From Candidatus Micrarchaeota archaeon (GTDB lineage Archaea; Micrarchaeota; Micrarchaeia; Anstonellales; Bilamarchaeaceae): DNA of 64,000 nucleotides. Shown here piece by piece: positions 1-9,056 of this stretch (position 1 is the stretch's first letter; each line of letters starts with the position of its first letter). The position numbers were made by a program, and so were the translations under genes. The stretch spans positions 158,542 through 222,541 of the forward strand of contig JBBSVO010000003.1 in the NCBI GenBank assembly GCA_038046805.1, in the 5' to 3' direction. The notes under the pieces were generated by a model. The model was not told the DNA's origin and did not search any database. It saw nothing but the letters and a program-made list of their open reading frames with translations.

Positions 1-102
1 TGGGAACAACTCTAATTCACCTGAAACGGAAAGCGAATTCGCCAGCTCGTCCGGTATCTGTAAGTAGAATTTATCATCCTTTTTGAATAAAGAGAGCTGC
101 AT
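1..102 (-). CDS. 5' part of a gene running off the window edge; N-terminus resembles an AbrB/MazE-like domain
   Basis: Not in ORF track. ATG at 102 opens MQLSLFKKDDKFYLQIPDELANSLSVSGELELFP to position 1 with no stop; a TTTTTTAA box lies ~25 nt upstream; the YLQIPDELAxxL pattern is AbrB-like. Confidence 0.55.
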   Translation of the reverse strand, partial: MQLSLFKKDDKFYLQIPDELANSLSVSGELELFP

Positions 103-176
103 GAACTGATTTCGCGCTGGGGGTTAAAAAAGCTGATGTTTAATGTTTTTAAATCCGTTGTTCCTAATAAACATTT

Positions 177-833
177 ATGGGTTCAACCTTTAGAAACAGC
201 GTCATACACGATCCAGGCTCCAAAGGATGGAAACAATTTAATCCGCTTCGCCTTGGCATTAACGGGTATCTGCTGGTTGACGACGTCGTTCACAGGTCAA
301 TAAACAGGCCCGCGGAATGAGTTGAGAGAAAAACAGGCATAAGCAAGTATGCAATGGGTTGGCTCGCGGTAACTACTGGCGTTAGCGCTGAATTGGTGAT
401 CGCCTCAAATTATGCACCACCAGACCAATTTGAGTTTCACGCACTTACGAGTATTCTCGGGCCACTATACTTATCTCTCAAGAAGATGAAAAAACTTGTT
501 ACCCCTGCAACTGGATTTACTTATGACAGCAATATTGAGTCAGATGCACGTGTTATAATTTTTTTAGGAGGATCAGTTATATCTGGCCTGGCGTACTACT
601 TAGCTCCAGGGGTTAATCCTGGGCTTTATGGTGTTGCCGGTGGCGGCATAGGCCTTACTTCAATAGGTACGGCAATGTATCTTACAACCTCAAGTAACGG
701 GACAATCGACGGGTTTAAGAGTTATGTTAAAGAAAAGTTGGGGAAATTAGTGACTGCATACAAGAAGCTCCGCACTCCGGCCCCAGTTCCTGAGACTGGA
801 TTGAACGAGCCGGTGCCTTCCTTAACTTTTTGA
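177..833 (+). pseudogene. Membrane protein gene interrupted by an in-frame TGA at 318-320 (alternatively a shorter CDS 354-833)
   Basis: ATG 177 follows a TTTTTAAA box and is in frame with ORF 354-833; reads ...HRSINRPAE*VERKTGISKYAMGW...; hydrophobic segments downstream. Confidence 0.5.
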
Positions 834-942
834 TGATGAGGGTAACCGGTTCATATTCGTTTAAAAGAATTCAAATTCTATTAATAGAAACCTGATTATG
901 TCAAACAAAAAACTTTATAACCTTGCAATTACTACTATCTCT

Positions 943-2259
943 ATGGCAATCTCCCCTTTTGAAGAAAGATACAAAACTGAAATGAATTCGATTTTTGAAG
1001 AAGAGAACAAGCTGCGCAAATGGATGGATGTTGAAATTGCATTGGCAAAGGCGCACGCGGGGATGAAAACAATTCCAAAGGACGCTGTAGAAAAAATCGC
1101 CGGCGGAGCAAAGAAAGTCAAACTCGAAAGAGTAAATGAAATAGAAGCCGAAATTCATCATGATTTAATGGCAATGGTAAGGGCGCTCAGCGAGCAGGCA
1201 GGAGATGCCGGAAAATACGTTCATCTCGGAGCGACGAGCTATGATATCGAGGATACGGCAACCGCGCTCATATTCCTTGATGCGATAGCTCTGCTGGAAA
1301 AACATCTTTCCGGATTCGCGGAAGTGCTCCGCTCAATTGCGATTAAGCACAAGAAAACCGTTTGCATAGGCAGAACGCACGGACAGCACGCAGTTCCAAC
1401 AACATATGGCCTGAAATTCGCGATTTATTATCAGGAGTGCCTCAGGAATCTGGAACGCCTGCACGAGGCAAAGAAACGCATCGGAGTCGGAAAAATGTCC
1501 GGTGCAACCGGAACAATGGCAACATTTCTCGGAAGCGGTGGAAAAATCCAAACTCTGGTCATGAAAAATCTGGGGTTAAAGCCTGCGCCAGCCTCAAATC
1601 AGGTTATCCAGCGTGACAGGCACGCAGAAGTAATGTTTGTACTCGCACTAATTGCAGCAATGCTTGAAAAAATCGCAAAAGAAATCCGCAACCTCCAGCG
1701 CACGGAAATCTTAGAAGTCTCAGAACCGTTTGGTGCAAAACAGGTCGGCTCTTCGACAATGCCGCAAAAAAGGAATCCGCACAAGAGCGAGCGTGTTTGC
1801 AGCATCGCGCGACTGGTCAGGGCAAACGTACAGACGGCATTGGAAAACATACCGCTTGAGCACGAGCGGGATCTCACCAACTCGGCAAACGAACGCGCAA
1901 TATTTTCAGAAAGCTTTATAGCAACCGATTACATGCTGGGTGAAATGACGAAAATTCTTGGCGGATTGGAATTTTTTGAAGATAATATAAAGAAAAATCT
2001 CGAACTGACAAAAGGCTTAATAATGGCCGAACGTTTGATGATTTTCCTTGTTTCAAAAAAGAGTTATGGACGACAGGAAGCGCACGAAATAGTGCGCCAG
2101 CTTGCTCAGGAAGCATTCAGGCAAAAGATCCACCTAAAGGAAATGGTCAAGCGGAGCAAAATAGGAATAATCATGCGCGACAGCGAGCTGGACGAGATTT
2201 TCAACCCGGAAACATACATAGGGGAAGCCGAAAGAATAGCTGATGAGGCCTCAAAATAA
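943..2259 (+). CDS. purB: Adenylosuccinate lyase
   Basis: GSSTMPQKRNP signature, HLGATSYD, GRTHGQHAVPTT; start moved to ATG 943, which has TTTATAA ~25 nt upstream. Confidence 0.95.
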   Translation: MAISPFEERYKTEMNSIFEEENKLRKWMDVEIALAKAHAGMKTIPKDAVEKIAGGAKKVKLERVNEIEAEIHHDLMAMVRALSEQAGDAGKYVHLGATSYDIEDTATALIFLDAIALLEKHLSGFAEVLRSIAIKHKKTVCIGRTHGQHAVPTTYGLKFAIYYQECLRNLERLHEAKKRIGVGKMSGATGTMATFLGSGGKIQTLVMKNLGLKPAPASNQVIQRDRHAEVMFVLALIAAMLEKIAKEIRNLQRTEILEVSEPFGAKQVGSSTMPQKRNPHKSERVCSIARLVRANVQTALENIPLEHERDLTNSANERAIFSESFIATDYMLGEMTKILGGLEFFEDNIKKNLELTKGLIMAERLMIFLVSKKSYGRQEAHEIVRQLAQEAFRQKIHLKEMVKRSKIGIIMRDSELDEIFNPETYIGEAERIADEASK

Positions 2260-2273
2260 CCAAAAAAAGCCGC

Positions 2274-2301
2274 GAAACCGGAAACCGAAAACCGGAAACG
2301 G
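2274..2301 (+). repeat. Degenerate heptamer tandem repeat (GAAACCG x4)
   Basis: GAAACCG GAAACCG AAAACCG GAAACGG directly after purB. Confidence 0.8.
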
Positions 2302-2373
2302 ATTGGGGCAAGGCTTTTAATACCCGTTTCCTAATTCTACCTCAGAGATAGATAACGGGATTGAGTGATTCAC

Positions 2374-3183
2374 ATGGTCAGTCAGAACAAACTCCTAATG
2401 TATGTGTCAATAGGACTTGCATTTTTAGGTGCACTTTTTGCAATGATAGGCGGCGGCGGGATATTCTCAATGATAGGTGGGATAGCCGCCGGCATAGGCG
2501 GGCTTCTCGGAATATTGTTCAGCCGCTACGGATACATCATGATACCGCTTATCACAAAGGGAACCAAGACAATAATGATAACAGATACCGGATTTGAAGT
2601 GCCACCGTCCCAAGACGTTATAGTAAAGGAATCACAGGGAACATACTATGCCTCAGCTTTCCTTGGATTAAAAATATTCGAATCTGCGAGCGAAAAAAGC
2701 AGCGAGGAAAATGTATTATACAACGAATCTTTTGAACGCGCAATATCCAACCTCAGAAACGTTACAAAGATCGCATACATGCTTTACGTAGAAGATATTG
2801 GAGAAAAGAGAAAGACTATAGAGGCAAAAAGGGCAGAGGCACAATTAAGGCTTGCGCGAGAGCGCGAAAAACCAGAGCCGGATGTTCTTAGAATTGACAA
2901 ATACGAACGTGAAGTTGCGCTGTGGGACCTTCAGCTAAACAAACTTGTAAAAGGAATAAAACCAATGGGGGTAATCGCATATGCAATGACAACCGCAACA
3001 GGTGTGAGTAAGGAAGGTGCAATTGCGGGTGTGAAGGTGCAGGCAAACGAACTCAAATCGATTCTTGCAAACTCCCTGAACGTAGAGGTTGAATGGCTTA
3101 CAGCAGACGAGATGCTCAAATGCTTTGAATGGGAAAGAATGATGCCCACGAGCCCGCAGGAACTTGAGGAAAGCGTAGTTTAA
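2374..3183 (+). CDS. Two-TM membrane protein with a cytoplasmic domain resembling the N-terminal half of VirB4/TraC
   Basis: Two Gly-rich hydrophobic helices, then an alpha/beta region with coiled coil; lies directly upstream of a VirB4-like ATPase. Confidence 0.55.
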   Translation: MVSQNKLLMYVSIGLAFLGALFAMIGGGGIFSMIGGIAAGIGGLLGILFSRYGYIMIPLITKGTKTIMITDTGFEVPPSQDVIVKESQGTYYASAFLGLKIFESASEKSSEENVLYNESFERAISNLRNVTKIAYMLYVEDIGEKRKTIEAKRAEAQLRLAREREKPEPDVLRIDKYEREVALWDLQLNKLVKGIKPMGVIAYAMTTATGVSKEGAIAGVKVQANELKSILANSLNVEVEWLTADEMLKCFEWERMMPTSPQELEESVV

Positions 3184-3267
3184 AGTACTGGATAATGTGA
3201 TAAAATGGGATGACTGGGAATAAAACCAGTAGTAGAGAATTGCAGCTAACCACGGAGATGGGGAAAA

Positions 3268-4848
3268 ATGTTTGGCGGAAAAATAAAAATCAGTAAAATA
3301 TCTAACAAGGAAATTTCCAAAAGAAATCTTCTTGTTCACCCTCCAGAGCCTCCGGCGGAGATAATATTCGCAGATCCGGCAAATTCTATATATGTAGGAA
3401 GGACCAGAGTTTTTCACGTTCCGTTTTACTGGTCATATGAACACGTGCCAAACCCGCACATATCAATCGTAGGAATAAGCGGAAGTGGAAAAAGCTACTT
3501 CATCAAAACATTTCTGTTGCGCGCGTCTTTTGTATGGGATTCGAATGCACTGGTATTTGACTGGGCAGGAGAATACAAAGACTGGGTAAAACAAACGAAT
3601 GGGAAGGTAATTTCGCTAGGTAAAGGATCATATCTCAACTTGTTGGATTTGGGCGGAATGAAGCCGTATGACCGGATAAAACAGGTTGTCAGAACACTTG
3701 AGCTGCTTACAGATCTTGCAAATTACCCGGAACAAAGGAGACTCACGGAACAGGCGATTGAAAAGTCATATATGGAAAACAAATACAAAATGGATTCTCT
3801 TGACCACAAGGATGAATTGGGAAAGCCACTTAGCCCGCCAACGCTAAAGGACGTGGTTCGCATATTAGAGGAACAATCAAAACTCGGCACATATGAAATC
3901 CCGGCAGAACTTGAAAATGCGATATACCGGCTCAAACAATTCACAAAAAGCGGAGAGGATTTCTTTGCGCAGCAAAGCACAGTAAGCCTGGATGCGCTTG
4001 TGACCTCCGGACTCGTAGACCTTGATCTCTCAGGCCTTCCTGATGAAACATTTAGGGCACTTGGCGCACTTACCGTTCTTCAGTTTGTAAAGGAAAAGAT
4101 GAGAGCGTCGGGATGGGCAAAACAAAAGGGTCTACGACTTATAGTTGTCATAGACGAAGCATGGAAAATTGCAAAAGAAGAAAACAGCGACGCGGTCATG
4201 ATAGTAAGGGAAGGGCGAAAATACAATTTCGGGCTCATTGTGGCAAGCCAAAATCCGACAGATATTAGCGAGGCAATATTCAGCAACGTAGGCACTACGT
4301 TCATACTCAAGGTAAAATTCGAAAGATTCCTGGATTATCTGCAGGGAACGCTTAATTTCAGTCATTATATGCGAAATGAGATAGCGAAATTAGGGGTTGG
4401 ACAATGCGCAGTAAACATGGCGTTCCATTCAACAACCCCATACCCGCCAACGTTCCTTTTGGATAAGATAGAGGGAGAGGAACCATCTAAGGAATTCTTC
4501 CTTGACCTGGATAAGGTTCTTAGTACTGCACAACGGAGGGATATTGCTATGGCAAAATCAGTTGCTTTTGTAAAAGAAGAGTTTAGGAGACGGGTAAGAC
4601 AGTATGGACTCAATGATGAGAAGATAGAGGAAATATCCAAACTATTCGAAAGAAGTAACAGACACATTGATGTTGTTTCGTTCGTTATTCTCATGGAAAG
4701 ATACGGACTGGTGCGAAGAAATATAAGCGACTTTCTAAAGGACGCGGGAATAGACGATATAACAATAATAAACATATTCGGAAAAGTAGATATAAAGAAA
4801 AACGAGCTCGGTGGACGGGACATAACCCAGGTAATACTGGAAGATTAG
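3268..4848 (+). CDS. VirB4/HerA-FtsK superfamily P-loop ATPase
   Basis: NPHISIVGISGSGKS (Walker A), VFDWAGEY, VVIDEAW (Walker B), REGRKYNFGLIVASQNPTD. Confidence 0.88.
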   Translation: MFGGKIKISKISNKEISKRNLLVHPPEPPAEIIFADPANSIYVGRTRVFHVPFYWSYEHVPNPHISIVGISGSGKSYFIKTFLLRASFVWDSNALVFDWAGEYKDWVKQTNGKVISLGKGSYLNLLDLGGMKPYDRIKQVVRTLELLTDLANYPEQRRLTEQAIEKSYMENKYKMDSLDHKDELGKPLSPPTLKDVVRILEEQSKLGTYEIPAELENAIYRLKQFTKSGEDFFAQQSTVSLDALVTSGLVDLDLSGLPDETFRALGALTVLQFVKEKMRASGWAKQKGLRLIVVIDEAWKIAKEENSDAVMIVREGRKYNFGLIVASQNPTDISEAIFSNVGTTFILKVKFERFLDYLQGTLNFSHYMRNEIAKLGVGQCAVNMAFHSTTPYPPTFLLDKIEGEEPSKEFFLDLDKVLSTAQRRDIAMAKSVAFVKEEFRRRVRQYGLNDEKIEEISKLFERSNRHIDVVSFVILMERYGLVRRNISDFLKDAGIDDITIINIFGKVDIKKNELGGRDITQVILED

Positions 4849-4894
4849 AAGAGTTGAAGAGTTAAGGATTATTACTGAGTTGAGTGGTGATGAT

Positions 4895-5293
4895 ATGGTC
4901 AACTGCGCGATTTGTAATGGAACGAATGGGGTAAAGGGCATCAGAGTGAAGAATGATTTTGTTGTAGGTGCCGCCAGACGTATAAAGAAACTTCTAAACA
5001 AGCCATTAAACAACAATGTTTTTCTATGCGGGGAGCATATGAAAGACCAGATGGAAAAACGTAAGAAGTTTGAAAAAGCAGCAATGATCGCAGGGATTGT
5101 AACTATGTTCGTAGTGCTGGTGTTAGTAGCGTTACCAGTCTTTCTTGGTAGATTTGACTTCCGAAATATCATTGTTTCGATAATATTTATAGCGATAATT
5201 GTTCTCTTCACATTAATATTCCGGTACGCCCCTTCGATTGAAGTTATGGGTTCGGAGGCTGCCCGCAAAGAAGAGAAGATAAAAAAGAGGTGA
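4895..5293 (+). CDS. Small membrane protein with N-terminal CxxC...CxxH Zn-binding motif and two TM helices
   Basis: GGTGA ribosome-binding site before ATG 4895; CAIC ... CGEH; two hydrophobic segments. Confidence 0.75.
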   Translation: MVNCAICNGTNGVKGIRVKNDFVVGAARRIKKLLNKPLNNNVFLCGEHMKDQMEKRKKFEKAAMIAGIVTMFVVLVLVALPVFLGRFDFRNIIVSIIFIAIIVLFTLIFRYAPSIEVMGSEAARKEEKIKKR

Positions 5294-5297
5294 AAAT

Positions 5298-6095
5298 ATG
5301 CCGTTAATCCCAACACCGCAACAAAAAGGTGCCACTGCAACAGCGCAGCAGAGTGCGAAAACAGGACAGTCAGGTACATTATCTTCTAGAACACCGCTGG
5401 TTGATGGATTTAAGATATCTGCAAAACTTAAAACCAGTATAAAGGAAGTCTCGACAGCATTGCGTTCGATATCCTTCCTGGAAGTTGCGCAGGAAAAAGA
5501 CGGTGCTAGCGCAGCATACGTTGAAAGCAGAGATATAAACCGTATTCCGTATCTTTTTTCAATTCTCAGATTAACAGATGATTCAATAGAACTGGAGTAT
5601 ACTATACCAAGCGGCATATCTCCAAAAAAGAGACGTCTGGATATGGTCAGATATTTTATGAATCTGGTAACTCTTCTTAGCACACATTATACGATTGACA
5701 CAAAGGTAATCCTGCAGATCATGGAAAATGTTGTGAAGGATGCAACAGATTCTGTTGGCACGGAATATTCAAAACTTTATACGGAATATGATACCCTGAA
5801 AAAAGAGCTTGACGACGTTAAAAGAAAATTAAAGCGTCTTGAAGATGATAACAATGCATTGCGAAGGGAGAACTATGATGTTAAGGGAAGAAATGACGAG
5901 CTCATGTTAAGACTTGGAAAGCTCGAAAACCTTACAGATGACGTATTACGGGCAAAAGTACAGGAATGGATTGTTGAGCACAACGGAGAGATAAACATCG
6001 TGGAATTTTCTAAGGTAAACAATGTTAATGAAGTTCGTGTTGAAGAAGTTCTGAACCAGCTTGTAACGGAAGGATATATTGAATCTGTACAATAA
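5298..6095 (+). CDS. Hypothetical protein with coiled coil and C-terminal winged-helix-like domain
   Basis: GAGGTGA RBS; heptad region LKKELDDVKRKLKRLEDD; C-terminal NGEINIVEFSK...VEEVLNQLVTEGYI. Confidence 0.75.
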   Translation: MPLIPTPQQKGATATAQQSAKTGQSGTLSSRTPLVDGFKISAKLKTSIKEVSTALRSISFLEVAQEKDGASAAYVESRDINRIPYLFSILRLTDDSIELEYTIPSGISPKKRRLDMVRYFMNLVTLLSTHYTIDTKVILQIMENVVKDATDSVGTEYSKLYTEYDTLKKELDDVKRKLKRLEDDNNALRRENYDVKGRNDELMLRLGKLENLTDDVLRAKVQEWIVEHNGEINIVEFSKVNNVNEVRVEEVLNQLVTEGYIESVQ

Positions 6096-6160
6096 GTTAT
6101 ATCAAACCAACAAAGTTTTCCGGAGTTTTATCCGGTCTCTCGGCGAGGCTGGTTTGATAT

Positions 6161-6301
6161 ATGTCAAGAACGACCTATAAAACGGCAAACCGTTTTATGG
6201 TCCATTGAACGATTCGTCGTTCAATTGGACGTTTCGTTCTTGGGGATTTGAGAACCGAAAAGTTCTCAAAGTGCTCGTGATCGTTGCGACGATCGCGACA
6301 C
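6161..6301. repeat. Branched palindromic element, copy A
   Basis: Hairpins ATAAAACGG-caaa-CCGTTTTAT, ATTGAACGA-ttcg-TCGTTCAAT, TTTGAGAAC-cgaaaa-GTTCTCAAA, TCGTGATCGT-tgcg-ACGATCGCGA; homologous to 39322-39437 and 20052-20140. Confidence 0.85.
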
Positions 6302-6413
6302 TGTGAACCCGAAAAACATTTCGGGGTCGCTGTAAGCACAAAACGCGACGCAGATATTGCTGAGAACCAAGAACTCTGGACTGAAAACAGGAATATGGTG
6401 GTGCGGCCAGTAT

Positions 6414-9020
6414 ATGGAACTTAAAAAGATAAAAATCATAAAAAAACTTTACCGTTTCGAGGTAAGGAAAAGATACCAGCATATCTCCAGATTTAGAGTT
6501 AAACAAAAAAGTCCGATAGAACAAATTCGCGGCCAGATTTCGAAAATATTCGCAAAACCACATGATAAAGTTGCGGCCTCCAAAAGTCAAACGAAAGGCA
6601 CGACTTCCGGGGGAGTAGAACCAAAGAATAACACATGGATAATGGTAGCAACTATTGCAATGGTACTTATACTTCTTCTGGTTGGAGGATTATATTTTTA
6701 TGCTCAAAGCGCAAAGGCAGGGCAGATGTATTACACATCTCGACTCATACTCTCGCCTCAACTCAACACTACAATAGAAAATAGCGGGGTGATTACCGCT
6801 GGAGATAAAAAAGATAATACGAGTATAGGATACATCAGACTACGGTACAATACAGATGGTGTTCAAAATTTCACTATGAACTTCAAAACTTACGAGATGG
6901 GAATTCCTTCAGAAGTATTTATTCTATCCAGTCCGATGGATAAAGCCCAGACAACAAAATACGCAGACTTTAGGGCCATATTGAAAAAGGAAATGACAAA
7001 GAAAAGAATAAGCGTAAACGAACTTGACCTGGAACAACTTGAAACAATTCCGAAAGGCGCGTTTCTACTGATACCTCATGGAAGGATGCCACAAGAACTA
7101 TTTGGAATTGAAAGCTCAATCGATATGAACAAACTAACAGAAAGAGGAGTGAACATCGTATATGTGGGTCTCCAATTTGACAAGATGATCCTAAAAAACG
7201 GACTTTTGGTTTCAACCCCGGAAAATGCATTGAAGAACGCAGGCGTTTCGTTTGATGAAAAAGAGGACTTGCTCACAAATGGACTAAACCTTTATCAGCC
7301 CCTGTATGTTGCAAAAGGAACCTCTGGAGACTCGAACTCCATAATATATGGTTCAGTAAGTGCGATTCGGAGAAAGAACGGAATGTTGATTTTTATCCCG
7401 CAAACGCTTGACGGAGGATGGAAACGAGATCCGGAAGCTGCTGCAAAGGATGTTGCGAAACTGCTTATTCAAACCGCATGGGCAACCCCGGATAATCCAG
7501 AGGGCATAACTTATACCAAGGAATCTCTTGATAATGAAACCCACATAGAAGATTTCTTCACAAATATTTTCAATGGAAATTCGAGACATGTAAAGATAGA
7601 CCTTACTGGGAAAGATGTAAATGGAGACGATGTTGGGGAATTAAGAATAGCAGAAATAAAGAAGGAAGCTGCAGGTTCATGGTATATCAGTGGTGGATTC
7701 ACAGTAGCGCCAACTGAGATAACAAACGAAGAAGTTCCGATAATACTAACCTTAAAAGAAAAAACAGGGGTAGAAAAATACCTGTATGTGGCCATAACAA
7801 AGAATGGCGGGCTGGTTGGAGAGAAAAAACTGCTCAAAACAGTGCCAATAAACATTCAGACAGAACTAACAGATTATCTTCCAATAAATCTGGATAGCGG
7901 GGATTATATTGCGAGTATAGAGGATGAAGCTGGTAATAGATATGCCCAAACATTCCTTCACGTGGTTTTTGTAGATGTTAAAAAACTCTATGATAAAGAG
8001 GAAAGACAGGTAATAAGATTCGCATTTGAGAAGGAAGGAACACCAGTAGTCATACGAAATGTTGAGGTTACAGTAAAATCAAAGAAAGGAGATAGTTACG
8101 GAAAATACGAATTCAGCGACGTATCCCAAATATCAGTAGATGTGAGCAAAAATGTACCGGGCTCGGATAAGTTACCATTCGGGGACTATGTCTTCAAATT
8201 CAAAATGGGTGAAATAGAAAAGGACGTTCCTGTTTCGTATGCCAGGGCTGCCACTATCTTCGAGGACCCGGTTTTCATCGTAATTGGAGTAATGAGTGTT
8301 CTTATCCTTGGTATCGGGGTGTATTTTGCAAGAAAAGAAGAGGTAATGTATCAATTAGATGTCCCGGATTTCCCACCAATAACAAAAACAAAGATTTCGA
8401 TAACAACCCCGGAATTTATTTCTATTTTCGGCCAGGTAAATACAGATTATAGATGGAGATATACTCCGCTCAACACAACCGAAGTAAAGAACGGTTTCAG
8501 AAAAATCATGAAAGAAGGGCGAACCGTGTATATATCGGATTACAACGTAGAGTATATACTCGGCAATCTTGTGAAAAAAGATGTAGTTAGGGAATCCATT
8601 GGATATTATTGTCCAACAGCATGGGAAGGGGAAAGCAAAAGAAGCTCCGGATATCTTTGTATTTTCAGAAAACTAAGAGATATATTTGTGAATAATGCTA
8701 TACCATTCACACAACTTGGAGAGGAAATAGAATGCGATACAAAAATGGATATGATAGGGCAGGAAATGCATGTTCATATTTTTGACAAGGATGGAGACGA
8801 AAAAAGAATGGAAACCCTTATTAGTAATGCTCTGAAAACAGCGCAGAAAGGGATATCCATGGTTATATTCAAAAACGACGACGGAAAACGCGAGTTTCAG
8901 GATATTTTATCATCTTCATCCGCAGGACCAATAACTCTGAAGCTTGAAGTCGATGCAAAATCAGTTCTTCTTCTGACAATAGACGAGTTTGAGAAGATGG
9001 TGCTGGAAATGAAAGGTTAA
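6414..9020 (+). CDS. Large protein with two TM anchors, big extracytoplasmic region and cytoplasmic C-terminal domain; paralog of 57225-59189
   Basis: TM helices WIMVATIAMVLILLLVGGLYF and VFIVIGVMSVLILGIGVYF; many NxT/S sequons between them; start at ATG 6414 after GGTGGTG. Confidence 0.8.
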   Translation: MELKKIKIIKKLYRFEVRKRYQHISRFRVKQKSPIEQIRGQISKIFAKPHDKVAASKSQTKGTTSGGVEPKNNTWIMVATIAMVLILLLVGGLYFYAQSAKAGQMYYTSRLILSPQLNTTIENSGVITAGDKKDNTSIGYIRLRYNTDGVQNFTMNFKTYEMGIPSEVFILSSPMDKAQTTKYADFRAILKKEMTKKRISVNELDLEQLETIPKGAFLLIPHGRMPQELFGIESSIDMNKLTERGVNIVYVGLQFDKMILKNGLLVSTPENALKNAGVSFDEKEDLLTNGLNLYQPLYVAKGTSGDSNSIIYGSVSAIRRKNGMLIFIPQTLDGGWKRDPEAAAKDVAKLLIQTAWATPDNPEGITYTKESLDNETHIEDFFTNIFNGNSRHVKIDLTGKDVNGDDVGELRIAEIKKEAAGSWYISGGFTVAPTEITNEEVPIILTLKEKTGVEKYLYVAITKNGGLVGEKKLLKTVPINIQTELTDYLPINLDSGDYIASIEDEAGNRYAQTFLHVVFVDVKKLYDKEERQVIRFAFEKEGTPVVIRNVEVTVKSKKGDSYGKYEFSDVSQISVDVSKNVPGSDKLPFGDYVFKFKMGEIEKDVPVSYARAATIFEDPVFIVIGVMSVLILGIGVYFARKEEVMYQLDVPDFPPITKTKISITTPEFISIFGQVNTDYRWRYTPLNTTEVKNGFRKIMKEGRTVYISDYNVEYILGNLVKKDVVRESIGYYCPTAWEGESKRSSGYLCIFRKLRDIFVNNAIPFTQLGEEIECDTKMDMIGQEMHVHIFDKDGDEKRMETLISNALKTAQKGISMVIFKNDDGKREFQDILSSSSAGPITLKLEVDAKSVLLLTIDEFEKMVLEMKG

Positions 9021-9056
9021 TCCAGAATTTGTTTTTATCATTTTCTATTCGATGAT

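Noticed and set aside
318..320. Genome-wide TGA recoding or selenocysteine
   Set aside because: TGA terminates many clear genes here (e.g. 833, 5293, 12294, 39947), Trp is encoded by TGG, and the context is not a redox motif
2374..9020. Integrated conjugative element or provirus
   Set aside because: No integrase, relaxase, replication or capsid genes, no att repeats seen, and the flanks are housekeeping genes
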